A DNA stretch of 60,750 bases, filler included, from 5 parts of 5 records of this genome joined end to end with filler, not necessarily neighbours in it, one strand, 5' to 3'. Counted from the whole stretch's first letter, positions 48,806-59,282 are shown. Notes: generated from the sequence alone by a model not told the origin. Numbers and translations: made by a program.

Positions 48806-50182
48806 TTATTGGCCGAGCCGGTTTACAAGGTCCATGAAATCATTGCCCCTATGGCCGTAACTCTTATACATGTCAAAACTTGCGCATCCGGGTGAAAGCA
48901 GTACGGTGTCGCCTGCTTCCCCGAGGCTTGCTGCCGTGGTCACCGCCTCGGCCATGGAGTCGACTGTCATTATCCGGGCGGCGCCCGCGAGGGCCGCCTC
49001 GATCTCCCCTTTTGCCTCCCCGAGGGCGATGACCGCCCTGACCCGCTCTTTCACCAGGGGAATCAGGCAGGAGAAATCGGTCTGCTTGCTCCGGCCGCCG
49101 ATGATGAGAACCACCCTGTCAAAGCCCTTGAGGGCGCCCATGACCGCATGGGGATTGGTTCCCTTGGAATCGTTGTAGTAATCCACCCCGTCAACGGTGG
49201 CCACATACTGGGTCCGGTGGGGAAGTCCGCTGAATTCCGCGACCACGGTTTCGATGCCTTCAATGGTTGCGCCGGCGGCAAAGGCGGCCAGGGCGGCCGC
49301 GGCGAGATTCTCCCGGTTGTGGGCCCCCTTAAGCCGGGCGGCGGAGATATCCAGGCGATACGTTCCCGCTTCCGTGGTCAGGGTAATGGCATCTGCACCA
49401 ATGGCGGCACTGTAGCCGGCCCCCTCCCCTTCCGGGCCAAAGGTCATGATCCGGGAGTCGAGGTGGCTCTTCCTGACACCAAAATCGGTGAGGTCCCCAT
49501 TGACAACAGCCACACAGCTATGGGACTGGTTGGAAAAAATGCTCCACTTGGAGTCGGCATAGGCATCGAAATCCGGATACCGGTCCAGGTGATCCTCGGC
49601 AATGTTGAGCAGGACGCCCACGTCCGGTATGAAATCCACGGCCGCATCCAGCTGGAAACTGCTCACCTCGGCCACCACCGCATGGGCCGTGGCGCCGGAT
49701 GCCAGATAGTCCACCAGGGGGGTTCCGATATTGCCGCCGGTAAACACCTTAAGCCCCGACGCCTTGAGCATCTCGGAGATCAGGGTGGTCACCGTGGTCT
49801 TGCCGTTGGTGCCGGTTACCGCCACCAGGGGCTGCTTGAGAAACACGGAGAAGAGATCCAGCTCCCCCGTGACAACAACGCCCTTGGCCCGGGCCAGGTT
49901 GAAATATTCCATGTCCAGGGGAATGCCGGGGCTTGTCACCACCAGGGCGGCATTCTCAAAGGTTTCGGCCGTGTGGCTTCCGATCTCGCACCGGATGCCA
50001 AGGGCCTCGAGCTCTGCGGCCTGTTCGGTCCTTGACGGGTTGGAGTCCGTTGCAACCACATCCAGCCCCTTTGATTTCAGGAAACGCGCAATGGAGACCC
50101 CGGATACACCAAGGCCGGCAACAAGGATATATCCCTGTTCCGGGTGTCTCAAAAGGCTTGCCATGTGGGTTGAAATGGTCAT
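48806..50182 (-). CDS. murD: MurD ligase
   Basis: GLGVSG, VTGTNGKTT, EVSSFQL, DHLDRY, NDSKGTN and LLSPGCASFD. Confidence 0.96.
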   Translation of the reverse strand: MTISTHMASLLRHPEQGYILVAGLGVSGVSIARFLKSKGLDVVATDSNPSRTEQAAELEALGIRCEIGSHTAETFENAALVVTSPGIPLDMEYFNLARAKGVVVTGELDLFSVFLKQPLVAVTGTNGKTTVTTLISEMLKASGLKVFTGGNIGTPLVDYLASGATAHAVVAEVSSFQLDAAVDFIPDVGVLLNIAEDHLDRYPDFDAYADSKWSIFSNQSHSCVAVVNGDLTDFGVRKSHLDSRIMTFGPEGEGAGYSAAIGADAITLTTEAGTYRLDISAARLKGAHNRENLAAAALAAFAAGATIEGIETVVAEFSGLPHRTQYVATVDGVDYYNDSKGTNPHAVMGALKGFDRVVLIIGGRSKQTDFSCLIPLVKERVRAVIALGEAKGEIEAALAGAARIMTVDSMAEAVTTAASLGEAGDTVLLSPGCASFDMYKSYGHRGNDFMDLVNRLGQ

Positions 50183-50192
50183 TGTTCTATTC

Positions 50193-51272
50193 CTAACGTA
50201 TCTTCAATGTGGAAAGGGATACCAGTGCCAGGGTGATGGCGATGATCCAGAACCGCACGATCACCTTGGATTCGGGCCATCCCTTGAGTTCAAAATGGTG
50301 GTGCAAAGGCGCCATGCGGAAAACCCGCTTGCCGTTGGTCAGCTTGAAATAGCTCACCTGGATGATCACGGACAGGGCCTCGATAACAAACAGGCCGCCC
50401 ACGACCAGCAGAAGGATTTCCTGCTTGGTGATGACGGCAATGGTTCCCAGCAATGCCCCCAAGGGAATGGATCCCGTGTCCCCCATGAACACCTGGGCCG
50501 GATGGGCATTGAACCAGAGGAACCCGAGGCCTGCGCCGGCCAGGATGCCGCAGACAACGGTGATCTCCCCGCAGGAGGCAATATGCTTCACCTGGAGATA
50601 GTTGGCGATCTCCACATGGCTTGCAACATAGGCAAAGAACATGTAGGTCACCGAGGCGATGATGATGGGGCCGATGGCAAGGCCGTCCAGCCCGTCGGTG
50701 AGGTTCACCGCGTTGGAGGTGCCCACGATAACCAGCGTTGCAAAGGGGATATACCAGACACCGAGATCCGGGGTGATGTTCTTTAAAAAGGGAATGCTGA
50801 GACTGGTGTCGAAGTCCGGGCAGCTATAGACAAGGAAAGAAATGGTAACGCCGGCAATCAGCTGGACGGCAAATTTTCCCTTTGCCGTAAAACCCATGTT
50901 CCGCTTTTTCACCTGCATGAGGTAGTCGTCGATGAATCCGATGAGACCGAACAATCCCATGGACAGAAGGGTAATCAGGATGTAATGGTTGGTGAGGTCC
51001 GACCACAGGAGCGTTGACACGCCCAGGGCGAACAGGATGAGAATCCCTCCCATGGTGGGGGTGCCCTCTTTTTCCAGATGGGTTTCCGGTCCGTCGTTCT
51101 GGATGAACTGGCCGATCTGCATCCGGGAGAGCCACTTGATCACCCAGGGACCCAGCACAAAGCAGAGAACAAGGGCGGTCAGACCACCGTAGATGGTTCT
51201 AAAAGTGATATACCGAAACAGGTTGAACAAAGATATCTCGGTATGGAGAGGGTATAAAAAATGAAACAGCAT
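50193..51272 (-). CDS. mraY: Phospho-N-acetylmuramoyl-pentapeptide transferase
   Basis: KEGTPTMGG, DDY, NAVNLTDGLDGL, VFMGDTGS and MAPLHHHFE. Confidence 0.97.
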   Translation of the reverse strand: MLFHFLYPLHTEISLFNLFRYITFRTIYGGLTALVLCFVLGPWVIKWLSRMQIGQFIQNDGPETHLEKEGTPTMGGILILFALGVSTLLWSDLTNHYILITLLSMGLFGLIGFIDDYLMQVKKRNMGFTAKGKFAVQLIAGVTISFLVYSCPDFDTSLSIPFLKNITPDLGVWYIPFATLVIVGTSNAVNLTDGLDGLAIGPIIIASVTYMFFAYVASHVEIANYLQVKHIASCGEITVVCGILAGAGLGFLWFNAHPAQVFMGDTGSIPLGALLGTIAVITKQEILLLVVGGLFVIEALSVIIQVSYFKLTNGKRVFRMAPLHHHFELKGWPESKVIVRFWIIAITLALVSLSTLKIR

Positions 51273-51330
51273 CGTTTAATTCCTGATTTAGGCGGCCATG
51301 GACCCTTTTAGGGGCCGGACCGCTCGCTCC

Positions 51331-52788
51331 TTATGTCGTTCCCGACTCAGTAAGTTTATTGACAATTTCCTCAAGCCGCATTCCCCTGGAGCCCTTGACA
51401 AGAACCCAGGCGTTTTCGGCGGTATTTTCCATGATGGCCGCGATGAGCTCCTCCTTGGTGCCGGTCAGGGTCATCTCCCGGGGCAACCCGGCCCCAACCG
51501 CCCCGTCGATCACCTGGCCGGCCATGTCCCCATAGGCATAGAGCCGTGATATCCCGGCGGCTGCCGCTGCCTGCCCCACCTCCCGGTGAAGCGCCTTTGC
51601 ATCATCACCCAGTTCGAGCATGTCACCGAGCACGGCCACACACCCGGCCTTGCCCGCAGCCTGCCCGAGGGTCTCAAGGGCGGCCTGCACCGAATAGGGA
51701 TTGGCATTGTAGGTGTCGTTCATGATGGTGGTGTTGTTGAATCCCCGCACAAGCTCCATCCGGCCCGCCACCGGTTCAAACCCGGCAAGGCCGTCCGCTA
51801 TGTCACCCATGGGGATGCCCGCCCCAAGGGCCGCCGCGGCTGCGGCAAGGGCGTTGTTTACCATGAACCGGGCCGGGGTGGGAAGTAAAACTTCACGCCG
51901 CTCTCCGGTTCCGGCAACCAGGGTGAAACCGATCCCCTGCTCATGTGGGGTGACATTTTCCGCCCGTACCCGGTCGCCGTCGTCACCGGACACCGTAAAA
52001 CAGAGGGTCCGGGTGATCCCGGGGTTGGCCCCTGCCGCCCCGGCAAGGATCCCGTACCGGGGATCGTCCAGGTTCAGCACGGCCGTTCCATTGGCGCCAA
52101 GGCCGGTCAACAGCTCTGCCTTGGCCCGGGCCACATTTTCAACGCTGCCAAGGCCCTCCAGGTGGCAAGCGGCGGTGTTGGTGATGACACCGATGTCGGG
52201 AAGGGCGATCCGGGCAAGCCGCTCAATCTCTCCGGCATGGTTCATGCCCATCTCCACCACGGCCCACTCGTGCTTGTCGGAAAGCTTCAACAGGGTAAGG
52301 GGCAGGCCGATCTCGTTGTTGAGGTTGCCCTGGGTGGTGAGGGTCCTGAACCGACGGCCAAAGATCCCCCCGGCCATCTTCCGGGTGGAGGTCTTTCCGT
52401 TGGAGCCGGTGATGGCAACCACCTTGACATTGGCCCGGAGCCGCTGGTACCGGGCAAGTTTTCCCAGGCCCGCGAGGGTGTCATCCACGGGGAAGAACCG
52501 GCAGTTGCCGCGATTCCACTGCTCCTTCAACTCCTGATCCAGGGAGGACAGGAAACCGCTGGTGACCACAAAACCTTTAACGCCCTTGCCCGCAAGCCCC
52601 TTTATAAAGGTATGGCCGTCAAACTTTTCGCCCTCAAGGGCCACGAACAGCTCCTGTGGCCCGATGGTGCGGGAATCCGTGGAAACACCGGTAAAAACAA
52701 GCTCAGCTGCCCGTTCCGCCTTGGCGCCCGGAACAATTTCCAGGGCTTCCTCTATCTGGGCGGGTGTCCAGGGTATTGGCTGCATCAT
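51331..52788 (-). CDS. murF: MurF ligase
   Basis: TDSR, ITGSNGKTST, GNLNNEIGLP, EMGMNH, NDTYNANP and KGSRG. Confidence 0.96.
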   Translation of the reverse strand: MMQPIPWTPAQIEEALEIVPGAKAERAAELVFTGVSTDSRTIGPQELFVALEGEKFDGHTFIKGLAGKGVKGFVVTSGFLSSLDQELKEQWNRGNCRFFPVDDTLAGLGKLARYQRLRANVKVVAITGSNGKTSTRKMAGGIFGRRFRTLTTQGNLNNEIGLPLTLLKLSDKHEWAVVEMGMNHAGEIERLARIALPDIGVITNTAACHLEGLGSVENVARAKAELLTGLGANGTAVLNLDDPRYGILAGAAGANPGITRTLCFTVSGDDGDRVRAENVTPHEQGIGFTLVAGTGERREVLLPTPARFMVNNALAAAAAALGAGIPMGDIADGLAGFEPVAGRMELVRGFNNTTIMNDTYNANPYSVQAALETLGQAAGKAGCVAVLGDMLELGDDAKALHREVGQAAAAAGISRLYAYGDMAGQVIDGAVGAGLPREMTLTGTKEELIAAIMENTAENAWVLVKGSRGMRLEEIVNKLTESGTT

Positions 52789-53140
52789 GATTTCTCCCCT
52801 TCCCGGCCCAGTTCTTCAAGGGCCTGTGCCAGGATTTTCCGGTCGTCAAAATCGATGGTGCCTGTCTTTAAAATCTGGTAGGTCTCGTGGCCCTTGCCGG
52901 CCGCAACAATGATATCGTCGGGTCTTGAGGCCTTGACCGCTGTCTCGAGGGCGGTTCGCCTGTCCGGCGCCACATGGAATCCGGTCCGGCCCGCCCCGGT
53001 CTCCAGCTGTTCCCGGCTGAGTTCGTCATGGACGGCAGAATCGATGCCCGTAAGAACGTCCCGGATGATCCGGTCGGGATCCTCGGTTCTCGGATTGTCC
53101 GAGGTGATAATGGCAAGATCGCTCAAGGTTGCGGCGATGT
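52785..53140 (-). CDS. murE: MurE C-terminal part (5' truncated)
   Basis: TSDNPRTEDP (the DNPR meso-DAP motif), AGKGHETYQ and FDDR. Confidence 0.95.
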
Positions 53141-53240
53141 NNNNNNNNNNNNNNNNNNNNNNNNNNNNNNNNNNNNNNNNNNNNTTAATTAATTAANNNN
53201 NNNNNNNNNNNNNNNNNNNNNNNNNNNNNNNNNNNNNNNN
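53141..53240. other. Artificial contig linker
   Basis: N44-TTAATTAATTAA-N44. Confidence 0.98.
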
Positions 53241-53941
53241 TGCATAGGAGCTGAGTCACTGGCTGTAGCTGCAACGATTACTGTATAATCAAGTGCACCA
53301 TTATCCTCTAAGACTTTGATAGTCTTTGCAATAGATGATGCTTTTTGTCCAATTGCAACATACACACATACCACATCATTATGCTTTTGATTGATAATTG
53401 TATCTATTGCAATAGCTGTTTTACCTGTTTGCTTATCACCGATTATTAATTCTCTCTGACCTCTGCCGATTGGTATCATTGAGTCAATCGCCATTAGTCC
53501 AGTTGCCATCGGTGTATCAACAGGGCTTCTGTCCATGATTTTTGGTGCAGGGTTTTCTATTGGGCGAAAATGTTTTGCTTGAATCTTGCCTTTTCCGTCA
53601 ATCGGATATCCTATAGGGTCAACTACTCTGCCCAAAAGAACATCACCAACCGGCACTTCTACTACCTTTTCGCTTCCTAATACCTTTTGATTTTCAGTTA
53701 TATCTGTACTGTTGGAGAGCAGAACTGCTCCAACTTGATCTTCTTCCATATTGAAGGCTATTCCATAGTCTCCATTTTCGAATTCTAATAATTCTCCGTA
53801 TTTACACTCAAGTAATCCCTTTATCTGGACGATACCATCACCAACACTTATAATAGTGCCTTCTCGTCGCATACCGACCTGATGGTCAAAGGTCTTTACA
53901 TGTTTTTTTAATTCTGAAATCGAATTAATATACATATCCAT
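53241..53941 (-). CDS. atpA: F1 ATP synthase alpha subunit (3' truncated)
   Basis: VGDGI, LLGRVVD, PIGRGQRELIIGDKQTGKT and YVAIGQK. Confidence 0.96.
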
Positions 53942-53970
53942 AATTATTATGCCTTTCTTGCCATATGGAT

Positions 53971-54189
53971 TTATCCATCTAGTAGATGACTTTTCATTTT
54001 ATTCAGTTTAGTTTTTATTGAGTAATCATATCTATGATGCCTTATGCTGACGATAAAGCCGCCTATTAATGAACGGTCTATCTCCATCTTTAGCTCTACA
54101 AGCTCACCGATATCATTTGAGAATTTCTCCTCTATATCCTTTATCTTATCATCACTCAATTTATAGGCACTAATTAATAGTCCTTCCAT
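53971..54189 (-). CDS. atpH: Short F1 delta subunit (C-terminal OSCP domain only, about 72 aa)
   Basis: SA..L, ID.SLIGG and DYSIK..L, located between atpF and atpA. GAAAGG RBS before ATG 54189. Confidence 0.8.
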   Translation of the reverse strand: MEGLLISAYKLSDDKIKDIEEKFSNDIGELVELKMEIDRSLIGGFIVSIRHHRYDYSIKTKLNKMKSHLLDG

Positions 54190-54286
54190 TTTTCTTGCCT
54201 TTCTTGTCAAATGCAGGCATCGTAATCCTTAATATGATTAATATCTCAGATTAAGCCTAAAAAAGCATATACAATAAGCGTAATGA

Positions 54287-54775
54287 TTAGCCAATACGCT
54301 TTTTGTTAAGGAATGTATCAATTATGCGATTGTTATCCTCTTTGGTAACTTCTCGCTCTAATACAGAGGAAGCAATACCTATAGCTAGGTCTGCAACTTC
54401 CTCACGCATGGCATTTTTTGCATTGTCACGTTCGTGAGCAATGTCCTCTCTTGCCTGCTCAATCATATCCTTTGCCTGTCTGTTTGCCTTTGCAATAATA
54501 TCATCTGCACGACTGTTAGCATCCTTTCTGGATTCTAATACGATACGATCAGCTTCGCTGAATGCGTCTTTCATCTGAAATTCGTATTTTGCTTTCAGTT
54601 CTTCTGCTTGCTTTTCCTTATTTACAGTATCTTCTTCCCTTTGCTTATAGCTGCTTTCTCTGGCATCCATAAACTTTTTGATAGGTTTATACAGCAAAAC
54701 TCTCAAAAATACAAACAATACGACAATATTAACTGTATGGGCTAATAATGATTCTAAATTTAATCCTAATGGCAT
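54287..54775 (-). CDS. atpF: Fo subunit b
   Basis: N-terminal TM helix, LLYKPI...R and long charged helix. Confidence 0.92.
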   Translation of the reverse strand: MPLGLNLESLLAHTVNIVVLFVFLRVLLYKPIKKFMDARESSYKQREEDTVNKEKQAEELKAKYEFQMKDAFSEADRIVLESRKDANSRADDIIAKANRQAKDMIEQAREDIAHERDNAKNAMREEVADLAIGIASSVLEREVTKEDNNRIIDTFLNKKRIG

Positions 54776-54800
54776 GTTATATTCCTCTCGGTAAGTCGTA

Positions 54801-55028
54801 TTATAACTTGAAGTAGAGCAAAATTGCTATAACGAAGCCATAGATAGCCGTTGATTCTGCAAGACCGAAGCCCAGCATCATTGCGCTCATAATTTTACTT
54901 GATGCATCAGGCTGACGTGAAATAGCCTCTGCAATCTTTCCTGTTGCAATACCCATACCCAGTCCAGCACCTACTGCTGTAAATACTGACAGTCCTGCTG
55001 CCATTGCGATCAATCCTTGAGGATCCAT
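54801..55028 (-). CDS. atpE: Fo subunit c
   Basis: GAGLGMG glycine stripe, RQP loop and AESTAIY. Confidence 0.95.
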   Translation of the reverse strand: MDPQGLIAMAAGLSVFTAVGAGLGMGIATGKIAEAISRQPDASSKIMSAMMLGFGLAESTAIYGFVIAILLYFKL

Positions 55029-55069
55029 AATTTTTTTCTCCTTTATGTGAATTTAATTTTTGAACTTAA

Positions 55070-55759
55070 TTATTCCAATCCCTCATGAATAAATGTGAGA
55101 GAAAGAGTGATAAATATAAACGCCTGCATCAATGTATGAAATACTGTAAAGTATGTGGCAAGCACACCAGGGATTATCCACTTGGTGAATGCTACCGAGT
55201 ACAGCAATTCCATTACTATCATACCGCCTAGAATATTACCAAACATTCGGCAGGATAATGATACAGGTATAGCCATGCTGGTTATAATATTAACTGGTGT
55301 CAGCAAAACAACCGGCTCAGTAAACGCCTTTAACCTCTTTAGTATTCCTTTTTTCTTTATAGCATAAACCTGAATAAGAATAAATGTTATCAGCGAAATT
55401 GATAATGTGAAATTTATATCTGTCATACATGCACGAACGCCCATTAATTCTAATATACCATTTGAAGCTATGAAAATAACAATAGTAAACATATATGGGG
55501 AGAGTGTCGTACTTGCCCATCTGCCTACCTTAGAAGCAGTGTAGGACTGAATAGCATCTACTGACATCTCTAGTATCATCTGGAATTTATTAGGGCTGTT
55601 TTTAAACTTTGGTATGAAAAATATCCTAACTATAGCTGCCAAAATTATCAGCACTAAAGTAACTGCATATGCGTTAATCACAGTCTCAGATACTTCCATG
55701 CCACCCAAAAAATCGATTTGTACCATCTCGGGTTCTACATGAAAATGAAAATGTTCCAT
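55070..55759 (-). CDS. atpB: Fo subunit a
   Basis: PNKFQMILE, SLSCRMFGNILGG (essential Arg) and QAFIF..L. Confidence 0.93.
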   Translation of the reverse strand: MEHFHFHVEPEMVQIDFLGGMEVSETVINAYAVTLVLIILAAIVRIFFIPKFKNSPNKFQMILEMSVDAIQSYTASKVGRWASTTLSPYMFTIVIFIASNGILELMGVRACMTDINFTLSISLITFILIQVYAIKKKGILKRLKAFTEPVVLLTPVNIITSMAIPVSLSCRMFGNILGGMIVMELLYSVAFTKWIIPGVLATYFTVFHTLMQAFIFITLSLTFIHEGLE

Positions 55760-56062
55760 AATATCCTCTATATCAATAAAATTTTTAATTACTTATTTAT
55801 ACATTGTCCCCCATTGGACACAATAGAGAATTGAAAATCTTTAACCTATATTTTACCTAATTTAACTAAGTTCATGTACAATATGCGTAAGAAGTAAAAA
55901 ATTCAACCAGATAATCAATCTAACCGCCTGCACTTATATAAGATTTTCAGAGTTCTGTAAGAAATAAATCTTCCCTCAATATACAAATATACTCCCATTT
56001 TTTCAAAAATGCAATAGTATATATTTGTTGCATTAACTTATTTTCGCTTTATGAATATTTTC

Positions 56063-56100
56063 CTTGCATTTTTATACATTATAATGTATATTATAAGCTA
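56063..56100 (+). promoter_or_regulatory. argC promoter overlapped by ARG boxes
   Basis: TTGCAT-17-TATATT promoter, box core TGCATTTTTATACA (56065-78) and a weaker tandem core at 56085. Confidence 0.65.
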
Positions 56101-56133
56101 ATAATGAATAATTTGCTTTAAGGAGTATATATA

Positions 56134-57171
56134 ATGGTTAAAGTTTCCATCATTGGAGCAACAGGATATGTAGGTGCTGAGCTAGCTAGACTACTGGCAA
56201 TTCACCCCCAATGCGAGATTATGCATTTAGCTTCCAAGTCTCATGGAGGAAAAAAATTCGGTGAATTATATCCTGGTCACAATTGTGAAGATATGACTTT
56301 GTACAGCATAGATATTGATAAAATCGCCAGTGAAAGCGATATAGTATTTACAGCATTGCCTCATGGAGTTAGTTCAGAGACTGTAATCGCTCTCAGCAAA
56401 TATGATATAAAGATTATTGATATGTCTGGAGATTTCAGATATGATGATGAAGATACTTATACAAAGTGGTACAATGTCAGTCATCCATCTCCAGATATTA
56501 TGAAATCAGCTCAATATGGGTTAAGCGAAATATATAGGGAAAAAATTGCAAAAGCTAAGATTGTAGCTAATCCTGGCTGTTATACTACCTGCTCTATTCT
56601 ACCCTTATATCCTCTTTTAAAAAATAAATTAATCAAAAAGCAGGGAATAATCGTAGATGCAAAGTCAGGTGCAACAGGTGCCGGCAAAAAAGCAGTAGAA
56701 AGTCTGATATTTACCGAAGTATCAGCCAGCCTAAAGGCATACAATATTGCAAAACACCGCCATACATCTGAGATTGAACAAGAACTAACTAAAGCGGCAG
56801 GAGATGAGATTATCATAAGCTTCACGCCCCACTTACTGCCGATAAAGCGCGGCATACTCGCCACTATATATGCTGATTTAGAGGACGGGGTAGACGCAGA
56901 AGTAATAGAAAAGGCATACAATAAGATTTATGGCGATAAGTCGTTTGTAAAAATATTAAAAAATGGCAAAACACCAGAAATAAAATCAGTAGTAGGTTCA
57001 AACAATGTATCAATTGGATACGTAATTGACGAAAGATTGAACAGAATAATAGTAGTATCAGTAATAGATAACTTAATAAAAGGTGCAGCAGGTCAAGGTA
57101 TACAAAATATGAATATAATGCTTGGATATAAAGAAACAACAGGTCTTGACACAGGCTGCTGGTATCTATAG
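56134..57171 (+). CDS. argC: N-acetyl-gamma-glutamyl-phosphate reductase
   Basis: GATGYVG, ALPHG, ANPGCY, SGATGAG, HRH and DNLIKGAAGQ. Confidence 0.97.
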   Translation: MVKVSIIGATGYVGAELARLLAIHPQCEIMHLASKSHGGKKFGELYPGHNCEDMTLYSIDIDKIASESDIVFTALPHGVSSETVIALSKYDIKIIDMSGDFRYDDEDTYTKWYNVSHPSPDIMKSAQYGLSEIYREKIAKAKIVANPGCYTTCSILPLYPLLKNKLIKKQGIIVDAKSGATGAGKKAVESLIFTEVSASLKAYNIAKHRHTSEIEQELTKAAGDEIIISFTPHLLPIKRGILATIYADLEDGVDAEVIEKAYNKIYGDKSFVKILKNGKTPEIKSVVGSNNVSIGYVIDERLNRIIVVSVIDNLIKGAAGQGIQNMNIMLGYKETTGLDTGCWYL

Positions 57172-57195
57172 GGTTTAGAAAGGTATAATATAAAA

Positions 57196-58059
57196 ATGAA
57201 AGATTTATTTGAAAAAGCGAATATACTGATGGAGGCACTGCCATATATACAAAGATTATCAGGCAAGCATGTAGTAGTTAAGTACGGCGGCAATGCTATG
57301 AAAGATCCAGACATTATTCATACAATTTTGCAGGATGTAACATTGCTGAAATACGTTGGAGTAAATCCAATAGTTGTTCACGGCGGCGGACCTGACATAA
57401 CCAATATGCTGAACAAGCTTAATATCGAGTCAAAATTCCATGAGGGATACAGAATCACTGACAGTGACACTATGGAAGTGGTAGAGATGGTTCTAGCGGG
57501 AAAAGTTAATAAAAACGTTGTGGCTCAATTAAATGGTATGGGAGCAAAGGCAATCGGTTTGTGCGGTAAAGATGCCAATCTGATAAAGGCTAAGAAACAA
57601 ATCAGCAAAGACGGCGTTGATTTAGGCTATGTGGGCAAAGTTGTTGATATCAATACAAAGCTATTGCTGGAATTAACACAAGATGAATATATCCCTGTAA
57701 TCGCTCCTATCGGTATAGGTGAAGATGGGCACTCTTACAATATCAATGCTGATATTGTTGCTGGAGAGATTGCTGCAGCTATTAAGGCAGAGAAGCTGAT
57801 GTTCTTAACGGATATTGATGGCATCAGAATGAATCCAACAGATCCTGAAACTCTGATATCTATCATTTCTGTTGACCATATTTTCCGGTTGATTGAGCAA
57901 AAGATTATATCCGGAGGTATGATTCCTAAGGTGATGGGCTGTATTAAGGGAATAGAACAAGGTGTAAACAGAACTCACATCGTAAACGGCACACTGGCAC
58001 ACTCAATAATTCTAGAAATATTCACCGATAAAGGTATCGGTACTATGGTGACAAAATGA
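57196..58059 (+). CDS. argB: Acetylglutamate kinase
   Basis: VVKYGGNAM, VHGGGP, NINAD, GGMIPK and EIFTD.GIGT. Confidence 0.97.
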   Translation: MKDLFEKANILMEALPYIQRLSGKHVVVKYGGNAMKDPDIIHTILQDVTLLKYVGVNPIVVHGGGPDITNMLNKLNIESKFHEGYRITDSDTMEVVEMVLAGKVNKNVVAQLNGMGAKAIGLCGKDANLIKAKKQISKDGVDLGYVGKVVDINTKLLLELTQDEYIPVIAPIGIGEDGHSYNINADIVAGEIAAAIKAEKLMFLTDIDGIRMNPTDPETLISIISVDHIFRLIEQKIISGGMIPKVMGCIKGIEQGVNRTHIVNGTLAHSIILEIFTDKGIGTMVTK

Positions 58060-59255
58060 ATCTAAATGATATAAAAGCAAAAACAAATGAATACTTTGTA
58101 AATATCTACAGCGGCAGGTATCCACTATGCTTCACTGGTGGTGACGGAGTAGTGCTCCACGATATATCGGGGAAAGATTATATCGATTTTACTGCTGGTA
58201 TAAGCACTAACTGCCTAGGATACAATCACCCAAAATTAAAGAAAACTATCACTAAGAAAGCGGGGGAAGTACTCCATTGCTCTAATCTATTTTATATAAA
58301 AGAACAAGCAGATTTAGCGGAAAAATTATGCCAGTTATCCTTTGGTGATAAGGTTTTCTTCGCTAATTCAGGAAGCGAAGCCAATGAAGGTGCTGTCAAG
58401 ATGGCTATGCGATACTTCTACACTAAAGGAGAAACTAAACATAAAGTTATTACTATTAATAATTCCTTTCACGGCAGAACAATGGCAATGGTAGCAGCAA
58501 CAGCACAGCCTAAATATCAAAAGGCATACAGTCCTGTTAATCCCAACTTTGTAAATATTGAAGGTCATGATATAAAGCTGATAGAGGATGCCATCGATGA
58601 AAACACATGCGCTATTATGATAGAGCCAGTTCAGTGCGAAGCTGGTATGATAGAGTTTAACAGTCAATATATTAAATCCATACGAAAATTATGTGATGAC
58701 AATGATATTCTATTGATATTTGACGAGGTACAAACAGGCATTGGCAGAACTGGTAAGATGTTTGGCTATGAGCATTTGGGAGTAGAACCTGATATAATGA
58801 CATTGGCTAAGGGATTAGCCGGCGGTATTCCAATAGGTGCAATTGTAGCAAGCAATAAGGCTCATACATTTATGCCAGGAGACCACGGTACTACCTTTGG
58901 AGGAAATCCATTAGCATGTGCCTGCGGTATGACTGTCCTTAATACTATTGAAAATGATAAAATTCTTGAAAATGTTAACACTGTAGGAAACAAATTGGGA
59001 GAAATGCTGAATGAAATAATTGAGAAGTACCCCTTTGTAGCAAAAAGCGTTGGTTTGGGATTTGCCAGAGGTATAAAGCTGAATGATAGTTTTAAGTCTA
59101 CAGATATTATTGCCAAAATGCTTGATAAAGGATTTATACTGTGTACAGCTGGCAACAATACAATCAGGATAGTACCGCCTCTTATTATGGATACTGATAA
59201 CACAGTTAAAATGATTAACGCACTAAAAGAAGTGCTAGATACTATTAAAAATTAA
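58056..59255 (+). CDS. argD: Acetylornithine aminotransferase
   Basis: NSGSEANE, FHGRT, DEVQTGIGRTG, TLAKGL and HGTTFGGNP. Confidence 0.95.
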   Translation: MNLNDIKAKTNEYFVNIYSGRYPLCFTGGDGVVLHDISGKDYIDFTAGISTNCLGYNHPKLKKTITKKAGEVLHCSNLFYIKEQADLAEKLCQLSFGDKVFFANSGSEANEGAVKMAMRYFYTKGETKHKVITINNSFHGRTMAMVAATAQPKYQKAYSPVNPNFVNIEGHDIKLIEDAIDENTCAIMIEPVQCEAGMIEFNSQYIKSIRKLCDDNDILLIFDEVQTGIGRTGKMFGYEHLGVEPDIMTLAKGLAGGIPIGAIVASNKAHTFMPGDHGTTFGGNPLACACGMTVLNTIENDKILENVNTVGNKLGEMLNEIIEKYPFVAKSVGLGFARGIKLNDSFKSTDIIAKMLDKGFILCTAGNNTIRIVPPLIMDTDNTVKMINALKEVLDTIKN

Positions 59256-59282
59256 AATCAAGGTTATGAATTGGAGATTAAA

